Below are positions 32,893 through 42,898 of a stretch of 64,000 bases of DNA, piece after piece. The stretch comes from Candidatus Latescibacterota bacterium (GTDB lineage Bacteria; Latescibacterota; CBDEFO01): contig CBDEFO010000008.1 in assembly GCA_965237525.1 (NCBI GenBank), positions 1,856,001 through 1,920,000 on the forward strand, written 5' to 3'. Below the pieces are notes generated by a model. It did not search any database. It had not been told where the DNA came from and was given only the letters and a program-made list of their open reading frames with translations. The first letter of the stretch is position 1. The number at the start of each line of letters is the position of its first letter. The position numbers were made by a program, and so were the translations under genes.

Positions 32893-34794
32893 ATGAAATA
32901 CCTATGGGGGGTCGATTACCCACAGGATTTGAAAAAGCTGTCTTTAGATGAGTTGGAGATATTGGCAGGAGAGATCAGAGAGTATGTCATCTCTGTGGTC
33001 ACCGAGATTGGTGGGCATCTGGGCGGAAGCTTAGGTGCTCTGGAGTTGACTATAGCTCTGCACTACGCCTTCGAGGCGCCAGTGGACAAGTTAGTCTGGG
33101 ATGTGGGTCATCAGGCGTACGTGCATAAGGTACTGACGGGAAGACGACAGGCCCTAAAAAACATACGCCACAAAGGGGGGATCAGCGGCTTTTTGAGGAG
33201 GATTGAAAGCCAGTACGATGTGTTCGGCGCGGGACACGCGGGCACTTCGATCTCGGCTGCCTTGGGTTTTGCGGCAATGAGAGACCTTAAGGGGGAGGAC
33301 TTTAAGGTTGTGGCGATAATAGGAGACGGCGGGCTGACCAGCGGAATGTCGTACGAGGCCCTGAATAACGCGGGAGCATCAGAAAGAGATATGATCGTTG
33401 TACTGAACGACAACAGCATGTCTATCTCTCCGAACGTGGGGGCTATATCGAGCTATCTGACGAAGATCATAACTGACCCCCTCTACAACAAGATTAAGGC
33501 GGATATATGGAATCTGACGGGCAAGATCCCGTCTGTGGGCCAGGGAGTGAGGGCTTTAGTCAGTAGAATAGATGAGGGTTTGAAGAATCTGTTAGTCCCG
33601 GGGATGTTGTTCGAGGAATTGGGATTCAGGTATATAGGGCCAATTGATGGTCATAACTTGGAGGAACTGATAACGACCCTGGGGAACATAAAGGAACTGA
33701 AAAGGCCAATTATGCTACACGTTGTGACTCAAAAGGGGAAGGGGATGAACGATGTGGAGGATGACCCGCAGAGGTATCACAGCGTGAGTCCCCCCAGTCC
33801 CAAAAAGAAGGGGAAGAGCGCTCCTAAATACATGGACGTTTTCGGAGAGACATTGGTGGATATCGCCCGAAAGGACGATAGAGTGACGGCTATAACTGCG
33901 GCTATGTGCGATGGGACAGGTTTAACTTCGTTCTGCCAGAGGTTTCCCGACAGGTTTTTCGACGTGGGAATCGCAGAGCAGCACGCTGTGACCTTTGCTG
34001 CGGGATTAGCGGCTGAGGGAGGTAGACCTGTGGCGGCTATCTATTCGACTTTTCTTCAGAGGTCGTTCGATCAGATCATCCACGACGTGGCGGTTCAGTC
34101 GCTTCCGGTCGTATTTGCGCTGGATAGAGCCGGATTGGTCGGCGAGGACGGCCCGACGCACCACGGTGCCTTTGACCTCTCGTATATGAACCTCATCCCG
34201 AATATGATCGTCGCGGCTCCTAAAGATGGAGATGAACTTAAGGACCTCCTTCATACAGCTATCTGCCAGACCGAGAGCCCTTTCGCCTTGAGGTATCCCA
34301 GAGACTCGGTGAAAGGGGAGTTTGAGGACAGAGATCCCAGGATTCTAAAGATAGGGAGCTGGGAGGAGCTTGCAAGGGGGGAAGATATGGCGATCTTGGC
34401 TGTAGGGACGATGGTGCAGCCTGCTCTGGAGGTAAGTGAGGTCCTGGCCCTGGAGGGATACAGCGTAGGAGTAATCAACTGCCGGTTTGTAAAACCTATG
34501 GATCATGAGCTCCTAAATAGCCTCATAGATAGATATAATATCGTATTGACCCTCGAGGAAAATGTTCTGAAAGGGGGGTTCGGGTCGGAGGTGGCAAGGT
34601 ATGTATCCGATCGTCACCCAGGTGCCTGCAGGTCATACCATTTAGGCTTGCCGGACGAGTTTATAGAACACGCTCCCAGGGCAGATCTGTTGGAGGAGGT
34701 TGGACTTTCAGTAGCTGGAATAAGACAGGCAGCTTTGGGACTCCTGACGAGTGATCAGGGTACTATAGCTGAAAGATTCGGGGATCTTGTGTAG
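32893..34794 (+). CDS. dxs: 1-deoxy-D-xylulose-5-phosphate synthase
   Basis: GGHLG, WDVGHQAY, GDG...NDN, DVGIAEQHA, DRAGLVGEDGPTH. Confidence 0.97.
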   Translation: MKYLWGVDYPQDLKKLSLDELEILAGEIREYVISVVTEIGGHLGGSLGALELTIALHYAFEAPVDKLVWDVGHQAYVHKVLTGRRQALKNIRHKGGISGFLRRIESQYDVFGAGHAGTSISAALGFAAMRDLKGEDFKVVAIIGDGGLTSGMSYEALNNAGASERDMIVVLNDNSMSISPNVGAISSYLTKIITDPLYNKIKADIWNLTGKIPSVGQGVRALVSRIDEGLKNLLVPGMLFEELGFRYIGPIDGHNLEELITTLGNIKELKRPIMLHVVTQKGKGMNDVEDDPQRYHSVSPPSPKKKGKSAPKYMDVFGETLVDIARKDDRVTAITAAMCDGTGLTSFCQRFPDRFFDVGIAEQHAVTFAAGLAAEGGRPVAAIYSTFLQRSFDQIIHDVAVQSLPVVFALDRAGLVGEDGPTHHGAFDLSYMNLIPNMIVAAPKDGDELKDLLHTAICQTESPFALRYPRDSVKGEFEDRDPRILKIGSWEELARGEDMAILAVGTMVQPALEVSEVLALEGYSVGVINCRFVKPMDHELLNSLIDRYNIVLTLEENVLKGGFGSEVARYVSDRHPGACRSYHLGLPDEFIEHAPRADLLEEVGLSVAGIRQAALGLLTSDQGTIAERFGDLV

Positions 34795-34872
34795 CGTGCG
34801 CTCTTTGGATACACAGAATCACGTAGCGCTATTTTTGCTTTGAAGCTTTAACTCATTTTATATATAAGGAAG

Positions 34873-35976
34873 GTGAGTAAAATGGTCCTTTTCCAGGAGT
34901 CTCTTCCCGATAAGTACAATTTGATCTCGGAGCAGGAGGCTGAATTTCAGATAGCAAACGCCAAGGAGATGTTGGGGGACTCCTCGGTGATCCTGGGGCA
35001 TCACTATCAAAGGGACGAAGTGATAAAGTTCGCCGACTTTACGGGCGATTCATTCAAGTTGTGTCAGCTTGCAGCCAGCAGAAAGAAGGCCCAGTTCATA
35101 GTGTTCTGCGGGGTGCACTTTATGGCTGAAAGCGCAGATATCTTAAGCGAGGATTACCAGAAGGTGATACTGCCCGATCTGAACGCAGGATGTTCTATGG
35201 CGGACATGGCGAACATAGATCAGGTGGAAGAGTGCTGGGACGAGCTTATGGACATATTCGACGATGGATCTGTGATCCCGATCACATATATGAACTCCGC
35301 GGCGAACCTGAAGGCGTTCTGCGGGGTAAATGGAGGAGCTGTATGCACTTCTACAAACGCAAAGTCCATCTTTGAGTGGGCGTTCCAACAGGGCGAGCAG
35401 GTGCTGTTCTTCCCGGACGAGCATCTGGGCAGGAATACGGGCTGTAAGATGGAAATAGGCCTGGACGAAATGATCGTATGGAACCCCTTTGTGGTCATGG
35501 GCGGAAACACAATCAAGGACATCGAAAAAAGCAGGGTTATCCTCTGGAAGGGCCACTGCTCTGTGCATCTAAGGTTTAATCTAAAGCAGGTAGAGGGCGT
35601 AAGGAAGGCGTTCCCCGGGATAAGGGTCATAGCTCACCCCGAATGCAGTAAGGAGGTCGTGGACGCCTCAGATGAGGACGGCTCCACCGAATACATAATA
35701 AAGAAAGTAAGCCAGGGCGAGCCGGGCTCCAAGTGGGCAGTAGGGACGGAGATTCACCTTGTGCACAGGCTGGCTAAGCAGAACAAGGACAAGTTTGTGA
35801 TCTCTCTAAACGAGAACGTATGCGCCTGTGCCACTATGTACAGGATAGACCCTCCTCATCTCCTATGGGTATTGGATAGCCTAAGGGAGGGGAGAATAGT
35901 CAATCACATAACTGTGCCCGAAGATATAGCAGAAGGGGCAAAAATAGCTTTGGACAGGATGTTAGCGATAGCCTGA
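34873..35976 (+). CDS. nadA: Quinolinate synthase A
   Basis: GHHYQ, FCGVHFMAE, AGCSMA, HCSVH, AHPEC, CATM. Confidence 0.96.
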   Translation: MSKMVLFQESLPDKYNLISEQEAEFQIANAKEMLGDSSVILGHHYQRDEVIKFADFTGDSFKLCQLAASRKKAQFIVFCGVHFMAESADILSEDYQKVILPDLNAGCSMADMANIDQVEECWDELMDIFDDGSVIPITYMNSAANLKAFCGVNGGAVCTSTNAKSIFEWAFQQGEQVLFFPDEHLGRNTGCKMEIGLDEMIVWNPFVVMGGNTIKDIEKSRVILWKGHCSVHLRFNLKQVEGVRKAFPGIRVIAHPECSKEVVDASDEDGSTEYIIKKVSQGEPGSKWAVGTEIHLVHRLAKQNKDKFVISLNENVCACATMYRIDPPHLLWVLDSLREGRIVNHITVPEDIAEGAKIALDRMLAIA

Positions 35977-36067
35977 GAAAGGAGTAGCTCGAGATAGTTT
36001 ATGTATAGACCTGAAAGTTTGATCATTGATAAGAATCCATCCTACGGATAAGGCAAAAGAAGGGGAT

Positions 36068-36440
36068 GTGATATGGACAGAGTACTTGTTTACAATCACA
36101 AGGATTCAGATACGATGGACATATGGTTCGCTAATCCTTTTATGTGTGAAGAAGCAGGTGAAGGTATTATCCTTAAAGAAGGACAAGAATAGCAGGGTGA
36201 TAGGGATTGAAAAACTTTATGTCAGCAAGACCGTAGGTATTGACAGACCTTTACGTGTAGAGTTGGTAGTGGATTAAGATTGGTCCCCGATAGATTCAAT
36301 CGGGGATTCATTCAACTCGCCAGTAGAACCGCAAGAAGTCGGAAATAACAGAAGATTTGGTGAAGCAGATACACTACCACCGCCTATAGGGGGATATGTA
36401 TGTACTCAGATGTTATAGATCAGATTTTGCCGCCTTGAGA
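36068..36440 (+). repeat. Copy 1 of a roughly 370-bp direct repeat (copy 2 at 37311-37683); contains a frameshifted DUF2283-like gene
   Basis: Near-identical sequence at offset 1243. Confidence 0.9.
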
Positions 36441-36453
36441 AGGCGAAGAGTGT

Positions 36454-36693
36454 GTGATGAAGCTATCAAGGCACGCTAAAAACAATTTAAGGCTATACAA
36501 AATAGCCAAAAGAGATATAACAGAAGCGGTAGAATCGCCTGACTTCACTGATAAGGAAGGGAATGCGTTGATCGCGATCAAGGAATTCTTAAGCAAGTTT
36601 TCGGGTTATCCCCTCAAAGTTATCTATGAGAAAAAAGGTGGTCAAATTAAAGTCATCACTGCGTATCCTTTAAAGAAGAAACACTGGGGGTGA
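36454..36693 (+). CDS. DUF4258-like putative toxin
   Basis: LSRHA, LKVIY, VITAYP; precedes a DUF2283 gene. Confidence 0.75.
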   Translation: MMKLSRHAKNNLRLYKIAKRDITEAVESPDFTDKEGNALIAIKEFLSKFSGYPLKVIYEKKGGQIKVITAYPLKKKHWG

Positions 36694-36696
36694 ACA

Positions 36697-36900
36697 ATGA
36701 AGGTCAAGTACGATAAGGAGGTTGATGCAGCATATATCCAGATGTCATCAAAAAGACCCGATGGGGCGATAGAAATAGCTGAGGGGGTTATCTTACACAC
36801 TACTGCAAAAAATGAGATTGTTGCCATCGAGATACTTGATGCTGAGAAAAAAATACCCATAAAGACGCTCTACAAACTTGAGCTTTCTGCAGTTGTATAG
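36697..36900 (+). CDS. DUF2283 putative antitoxin
   Basis: YDKEVDAAYI, IVAIEILDA. Confidence 0.85.
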   Translation: MKVKYDKEVDAAYIQMSSKRPDGAIEIAEGVILHTTAKNEIVAIEILDAEKKIPIKTLYKLELSAVV

Positions 36901-37094
36901 GAGGCGGTCTTGTTGCGGCTAACGCAAGAAAGTCTATTTGTCCGTCTGCGAACTTGTTGAGCACCGCCCTGAAAAAGCTAGAAGTGTGTAAAGATGATCA
37001 TTGTATGTTCCAAAAACTCTATTCCCTTACGCATAACAGAAGAAACAAAGTAATATGGAACCCTCAAAAATCCTTGAGGGTGAACCAACACTAA

Positions 37095-37260
37095 GTTGGA
37101 AGTATTATGATGATCAAGCAGATGTGCTTCATATCTCTGTTGGTTAACGTCGCCCTGCCATTAGGGGTGGATATTGGCGAAGGTGTTATTGTTCGCTACA
37201 ATGAGAAGGAAAAAGAAATCGCTGGGATTGCAATCATTGGGATTCAGGGGCATTCCGGAA
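37095..37260 (+). pseudogene. DUF2283 remnant
   Basis: YYDDQADVLHISL in one frame; GEGVIVRYN...IAGIAIIG in another. Confidence 0.5.
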
Positions 37261-37315
37261 AGAATACTACAAAGTATATCAGCAAAATAGGTTTTCTTGG
37301 CGACCAATCCGTGAT

Positions 37316-37519
37316 ATGGACAGAGTAGTTGTTTACTATCACAAGGATTCAGATACGATGGACATATGGTTCGCTAATCCTTTTATGTGTGAAGAAGCAG
37401 GTGAAGGTATTATCCTTAAAAAGGACAAGAATAGCAGGGTGATAGGGGTTGAAAAACTTTATGTCAGCAAGACCGTAGGTGTTGACAGACCTTTACGTGT
37501 AGAGTTGGTAGTGGATTAA
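37316..37519 (+). CDS. DUF2283-like protein (within repeat copy 2)
   Basis: YHKDSDTMDIWF, GEGIILKKD, VIGVEKL. Confidence 0.65.
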   Translation: MDRVVVYYHKDSDTMDIWFANPFMCEEAGEGIILKKDKNSRVIGVEKLYVSKTVGVDRPLRVELVVD

Positions 37520-37642
37520 GATTGGTCCCCGATAGATTCAATCGGGGATTCATTCAACTCGCCAGTAGAAGTGCAAGGAGTCGGAAATAACAGAAGATTT
37601 GATGAAGCAGATACACTACCTCGTGCCTTTAGGGGGGCGTTT

Positions 37643-40309
37643 ATGTACTCCGATATCATAGATCAGATCCTGCCGCTTGTGAGCAAGCCGAGCAGGTATG
37701 TAGCCGCTGAGAGGAATCTTATAAGAAAGCCGCACTCCGAGGATAAGGTCAAGTTCGTTCTATCTTTCCCTGAGGTCTATGAGATCGGTATGTCTCACTT
37801 GGGGCTCAAGATCCTGTATCACATAATAAATAAAAGGGACGATGCGATAGCTGAGAGGGCCTACGCCCCCTGGATGGATATGGAGCGGGAGATGAGGCTG
37901 AGGGAGATCCCGATGCTTTCGCACGATTCTCGGACTCCTCTTAAGGATTTCGATTTCTTGGGATTTTCGCTTCAGTACGAGTTGACCTACACCAACGTGT
38001 TGAATATGATAGATATGGCTGGTATTTCTGTATGGTCGTCCCAAAGGGAAGAGGATGATCCGATTATACTTGCCGGAGGTCCCTGCGTTACGAACCCTGA
38101 ACCGCTGTCGGAATTCATAGATGCGTTTGTGATAGGAGATGGAGAAGACGTAATCCACAAGATAATAGACGTGTTTAAAGAATACAAGGGAGACAGGGAA
38201 AGGGTGCTCGGGAACCTAGCAAAAATTGGAGGCGTCTACGTTCCGGCCCTTTACGAAGTGTACTATTTAGATAACGGAAAGGTAAAGGAGATAAGGCCGA
38301 AGATCCAAGGAATTCCGCAGGTCGTAAGGCGCACGTGGGTCGAGACCTTGAAAGAGGAGTACTACCCCGAAAAGCCCATCGTGCCCGTTCAAGAGATCAC
38401 TCAGGACAGGCTGACAATAGAGGTCCTAAGAGGCTGCACGCAGGGTTGCAGATTCTGTCAAGCTGGGTATTACTACCGTCCTGTAAGGGAGCGCAGCCCC
38501 GAAAATATCCTCAAGATGGCTCAGAAGGGCATATCAGAGAGCGGATGGGATGAGATGAGCCTGGTGTCTCTTTCAACTGCGGATCACAGCTGCGTCGAGA
38601 AGATAACCGAGATGCTGAGCGAAGAGTTCTCGGATAAGAACGTAGCGATTTCGCTCCCGTCCTTGAGAGCCGATAGGTTCTCCGTAAACCTGGCGGAGAA
38701 CGTAGGTGAGACAAGCAGGACAGGTTTTACGTTCGCCCCCGAGACGGGGTCGCAGAGGTTGAGGAACGTGCTCAACAAGAGCATCAAGAACGAGGAGTTA
38801 TACAGGGCTGTTGAGGTGGCGTACAGGAGCGGATGGGACCTTGTCAAGCTATACTTTATGATAGGGCTTCCGACCGAGACGGACGATGACGTTCAAAGCA
38901 TCGTGGATATGGCACGGCGTGTAAATGAGATAGGAAAGAGGGCGGGGGGAAATAAGAGGGTGAACGTGAGTGTGGGTTGCCACGTGCCCAAGTCTCATAC
39001 TCCGTTTCAGTGGGACGGCTTTGAGGATATGGAGAGTCTCAAAGGCAAGATTGAGCTTCTCAAAAGCAGCGTAAGGAACAGGTGGAGCAAGCTGAAGTGG
39101 CACGATGTGGAACCTTCGTTTGTGGAGGCCGTCTTCTCAAAGGGAGATAGAAAGGTAGGAAGGGCGATATACGAGGCGTGGAAGATGGGGGCGAGGTTTG
39201 ACGGGTGGTCTGAAAACTTCGACTTCGGGCTGTGGATGAGGGCATTCGAGGCCGCAGGAGTGGATCCCTATTTCCACACCGGGCCTAAGGATATAAAAGA
39301 CGTTTTGCCCTGGGACGTGATAGATATAGCGGTAACCAAGAAATTTCTGATCAGGGAGCGGATGAAGATGTTTGAGGGAGTCCTGACATCGGACTGTCGC
39401 TGGGGTCAGTGTCACGCCTGCGGAATTCCGGGGATGCCGGACGATAACAAGCTGATATTCGACGAACCTCAGGTCTCGTTCGTGGAAGTAGATATGGACG
39501 CCTTGGAGCCTGTGATAGACATCGAAGAGAGACGCAATCGAAAGCCGTTTCCAACGAAAAGGCACAGAGTCAGGCACGCTGTGGGAGAGGAGTTCAGATT
39601 CGTGTCGAACAGGGACATGATGCAGGCGTTTCACCGGGCCATCAGAATGACGGGGCTCCCCATAGCCTATTCTCAAGGGTTTACGCCCCGCCCCAAGGTG
39701 TCCTTCGGCCCTCCGCTGCCTGTGGGGATGACGAGCATATCTGAGTTCATGGATCTGGAGCTCGATGAAAGATTCCAGGGTGATCTTGTAGAAATTATGA
39801 ATGATAAGCTCCCGTTGGGACTCATGATACTTACCGCAGAGCCGTTGAACGGGAAAGTGGAATCCCTTTCATCGATCATAAAGACAGCGCTCTACAGAGT
39901 CGATTTCCCCTCAGAAGATAGTAGACAGCAAACAGTAGACAGTAGACAGGGAAGAGCGAAAGACAGTAGACAGGGAATTGAACAGGTGCAATTTGCTCTG
40001 GATAGGTTTGACGAAAGTGATCAGTTTCTTATCACAAAGAAGGGGAAAAACCAAGATAAGAAAGTGGATTTGAAGAACGCTGTTTTGATGATAGAGCTGG
40101 ATAGGGGTATAGACTCTATCGGATTGGATATGCTGCTTTGCGTAGGAGATTTGGACAGGGGCAACGTAAATCCATTCCTCGTCATGAAGGAGGTACTGGA
40201 TTTTGACGAAGAGAGGGTCGCCTCCACCAAGGTAGAAAGAAGGGGCATGTTCGACGGGAGTGGAGGTCTAATCGAAGGGGTAAGCGTGAGAGAAGAGGTT
40301 TTGGTGTAG
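37643..40309 (+). CDS. TIGR03960-type B12-binding radical SAM protein fused to DUF2344 (TIGR03936-like) domain
   Basis: KPSRY, YEIGMSHLG, RGCTQGCRFCQAG, LYFMIGLP; C-terminal YSQGFTPRPKVSFGPPLPVG. Confidence 0.9.
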   Translation: MYSDIIDQILPLVSKPSRYVAAERNLIRKPHSEDKVKFVLSFPEVYEIGMSHLGLKILYHIINKRDDAIAERAYAPWMDMEREMRLREIPMLSHDSRTPLKDFDFLGFSLQYELTYTNVLNMIDMAGISVWSSQREEDDPIILAGGPCVTNPEPLSEFIDAFVIGDGEDVIHKIIDVFKEYKGDRERVLGNLAKIGGVYVPALYEVYYLDNGKVKEIRPKIQGIPQVVRRTWVETLKEEYYPEKPIVPVQEITQDRLTIEVLRGCTQGCRFCQAGYYYRPVRERSPENILKMAQKGISESGWDEMSLVSLSTADHSCVEKITEMLSEEFSDKNVAISLPSLRADRFSVNLAENVGETSRTGFTFAPETGSQRLRNVLNKSIKNEELYRAVEVAYRSGWDLVKLYFMIGLPTETDDDVQSIVDMARRVNEIGKRAGGNKRVNVSVGCHVPKSHTPFQWDGFEDMESLKGKIELLKSSVRNRWSKLKWHDVEPSFVEAVFSKGDRKVGRAIYEAWKMGARFDGWSENFDFGLWMRAFEAAGVDPYFHTGPKDIKDVLPWDVIDIAVTKKFLIRERMKMFEGVLTSDCRWGQCHACGIPGMPDDNKLIFDEPQVSFVEVDMDALEPVIDIEERRNRKPFPTKRHRVRHAVGEEFRFVSNRDMMQAFHRAIRMTGLPIAYSQGFTPRPKVSFGPPLPVGMTSISEFMDLELDERFQGDLVEIMNDKLPLGLMILTAEPLNGKVESLSSIIKTALYRVDFPSEDSRQQTVDSRQGRAKDSRQGIEQVQFALDRFDESDQFLITKKGKNQDKKVDLKNAVLMIELDRGIDSIGLDMLLCVGDLDRGNVNPFLVMKEVLDFDEERVASTKVERRGMFDGSGGLIEGVSVREEVLV

Positions 40310-40357
40310 CTTTGATTCTACATTTATATATCCAGCAGAAATGGAGATGACAGACTG

Positions 40358-41566
40358 ATGTCCCAAAAGACATATTTCCAAAAGGGCTTCGGCCTGAAGC
40401 CCGAGATCGAGGGACAGCTTTTCGACGATTACCACAGCCAGGTGGTAGAGCGTTTAAAGGACACGGACTATCGGCTTCAGATACAGGACGTTACTATCAG
40501 GTTGGCGCAGGAGTTCGGCTTTTGTTACGGCGTTGACAGGGCCGTTGACTATGCCTACGAGACGAGGAAGCAGTTCCCGGACAGGAAGATATATATAACC
40601 GGCGAGATTATTCACAACTCCCACGTAAATGGCAAGCTGATAAGTATGGGAGTAGAGTTCTTGGATGGGATCGGCACATTAGAGGAGAAGTTCGAGCCTG
40701 TTGAGTCCGAAGATGTGGTGATCATCCCCGCTTTCGGAGTGCCTGTGAGCGAGCTTAAGATCTTGAAAGATAGGGGCTGTATTATGGTCGATACGACGTG
40801 CGGCTCGGTGCTGAACGTCTGGAAGAACGTGGGAAGATACGCAAAGGAAGGCTTCACGTCTATCATACACGGAAAGTATCAACACGAAGAGACAATGGCC
40901 ACAAGTTCAAGGGCGTCTCAATATCCCGGAGGAAAGTACTTAGTCGTCAGCGACATGGATCAGACGAACATAACTTGCGATTATATCCTTCAGAAAGGGG
41001 ATAAGGCGGATTTCTTATCCCAGTTCGAAAGGGCCTACTCTCACGGCTTTGATCCTGACAGAGATCTGGGCAAGATAGGTCTTGCCAATCAGACGACCAT
41101 GCTCTCCGCGGAGTCTCTTAAGATCGCTGACACGCTGAAAGAGGCGATGATCCAAAGGTACGGTAAGGAGGAGTTAGAATCACGATTCAGAACCTTCGAC
41201 ACGATCTGCAGCGCCACGCAGGACCGCCAGGATGCTGTCTACAGTCTCGTAAGAGAGGGTTTAGATCTTATGATCGTAATAGGGGGATACAACAGCAGCA
41301 ATACGAATCACTTAGGCGAGATCGCCTCCCAATATACATCTGCGTATCATATAGACGATGCAAATTGTATCATAGATAGATGCAGGATAAGGCATAAGCC
41401 GACGGGAGAAGATAGTGAGAAAGTCTCCTCAGACTGGATGCCAGATGGAAAGGTAACTATAGGCTTTACGGCCGGGGCGTCCACGCCGAACAATAAGATC
41501 GGCGAAGCGATCCAAAAGGTGTTAGAATGTATGGGCTATCAGCTTGAAGATATCATGAAGCTGTAG
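40358..41566 (+). CDS. ispH: 4-hydroxy-3-methylbut-2-enyl diphosphate reductase (long type)
   Basis: FGFCYGV, IIHN, DTTC, NQTTM, TICSATQDRQ, SSNT, TAGASTP. Confidence 0.95.
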   Translation: MSQKTYFQKGFGLKPEIEGQLFDDYHSQVVERLKDTDYRLQIQDVTIRLAQEFGFCYGVDRAVDYAYETRKQFPDRKIYITGEIIHNSHVNGKLISMGVEFLDGIGTLEEKFEPVESEDVVIIPAFGVPVSELKILKDRGCIMVDTTCGSVLNVWKNVGRYAKEGFTSIIHGKYQHEETMATSSRASQYPGGKYLVVSDMDQTNITCDYILQKGDKADFLSQFERAYSHGFDPDRDLGKIGLANQTTMLSAESLKIADTLKEAMIQRYGKEELESRFRTFDTICSATQDRQDAVYSLVREGLDLMIVIGGYNSSNTNHLGEIASQYTSAYHIDDANCIIDRCRIRHKPTGEDSEKVSSDWMPDGKVTIGFTAGASTPNNKIGEAIQKVLECMGYQLEDIMKL

Positions 41567-41578
41567 TTAGAGGGCTTA

Positions 41579-42898
41579 ATGGCAAAAAAAGCGGCTTTCT
41601 ATACGGTGGGCTGTAAGCTAAATATTTATGAGACCGAGTCTTTAAAGAGCATCTTCGACAAGAACGGTTATCAGATAGTTGCCCCTGACGAGGGTGCGGA
41701 TGTCTATGTGATCAACACCTGTACGGTCACAAGTTACGGGGATTCGGATTGCAGGAAGTTGATCAGGAGGGCTGTCAGAAATAAAAAGGACGGGAAGGTC
41801 GTGGTGACGGGGTGCTATGCTCAGAGGAACCCTCTCGAAATTGCAGAGATCCCGGGCGTGGATTTAGTCCTGGGAAACAGGGAGAAGGGGAGACTCGTTG
41901 AGTATGTGAATAGTGTAGAAAGCGGAAATGGCTCGAATATCTTTGTAAGCGACAATCCACAGCCGGCCGAGTTTATAGATTTCCATACCTCTTATAAGAG
42001 CAATCTGACGAGGGCGACGCTCAAGCTTCAGGACGGATGCGACGAGCACTGCACCTATTGCATTATTCCGAGAGTTAGGGGAAGGAGCATAAGCCGTCCA
42101 CTGAGCGATATTGTGGATCAGACCAAAAGACTCGTGGCTTCAGGATATAGGGAAGTGGCCCTAACGGGCGTCAATACGGGAAGTTACGGCCTCGATTTAG
42201 AAGAGGATGTCGTCCTTTTAGACGTATTGAAAAAGCTGGACAGGATAGACGGGCTTCTGAGGATAAGGATGAACTCCCTGGAGCCGGGATGCGTCTCTGA
42301 TGATTTTATAGATTTTGCCGCAGATTCAGAGAAGATATGTCGGCACTTTCACGTCCCGCTGCAGAGTGGAGATGATATAGTCTTGAGGAGAATGGGGAGG
42401 AGCTACAGGACCGGATATTACGCCGAAACGATAGGCAAGATAGCTGATAAGATAAAGGGCTGTGCAATAGGCGCTGACGTGATGGTCGGTTTTCCGGGCG
42501 AAGATGAGGATGGGTTTTTAAACTCCTACAGGTTTATAGAAGAAATTCCACTTACGTATCTGCACGTGTTTTCCTACTCTCAGAGGGAAGGTACCCCCGC
42601 AGTCCGCATGAAGGGACACGTTTCCCCAGAGATAAAGGCGGAAAGAAGCAAAAGTATGAGGCAGTTGAGCAGAAAGAAGAGAATTGACTTTCAAAACAGC
42701 TTTCTGGGCAAAGGATTGGAAGTGCTGGTCGAGGACAACAGGGACAGTAAAACAGGACTTCTGACCGGCTTGAGCGACAACTATATCAGAGTCAGGCTGG
42801 ATGTGGATGAGGATAGGGTAAACGAAATTGTGGCAGCGCATATGGTGTGGACAGAAGGTGAAGCAGTATTGGGGGAGGTAAAAGAGGCAGGCGTATGA
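41579..42898 (+). CDS. mtaB: tRNA t6A37 methylthiotransferase
   Basis: GCKLNIYE, INTCTVT, QDGCDEHCTYCIIP, LHVFSYS. Confidence 0.9.
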   Translation: MAKKAAFYTVGCKLNIYETESLKSIFDKNGYQIVAPDEGADVYVINTCTVTSYGDSDCRKLIRRAVRNKKDGKVVVTGCYAQRNPLEIAEIPGVDLVLGNREKGRLVEYVNSVESGNGSNIFVSDNPQPAEFIDFHTSYKSNLTRATLKLQDGCDEHCTYCIIPRVRGRSISRPLSDIVDQTKRLVASGYREVALTGVNTGSYGLDLEEDVVLLDVLKKLDRIDGLLRIRMNSLEPGCVSDDFIDFAADSEKICRHFHVPLQSGDDIVLRRMGRSYRTGYYAETIGKIADKIKGCAIGADVMVGFPGEDEDGFLNSYRFIEEIPLTYLHVFSYSQREGTPAVRMKGHVSPEIKAERSKSMRQLSRKKRIDFQNSFLGKGLEVLVEDNRDSKTGLLTGLSDNYIRVRLDVDEDRVNEIVAAHMVWTEGEAVLGEVKEAGV

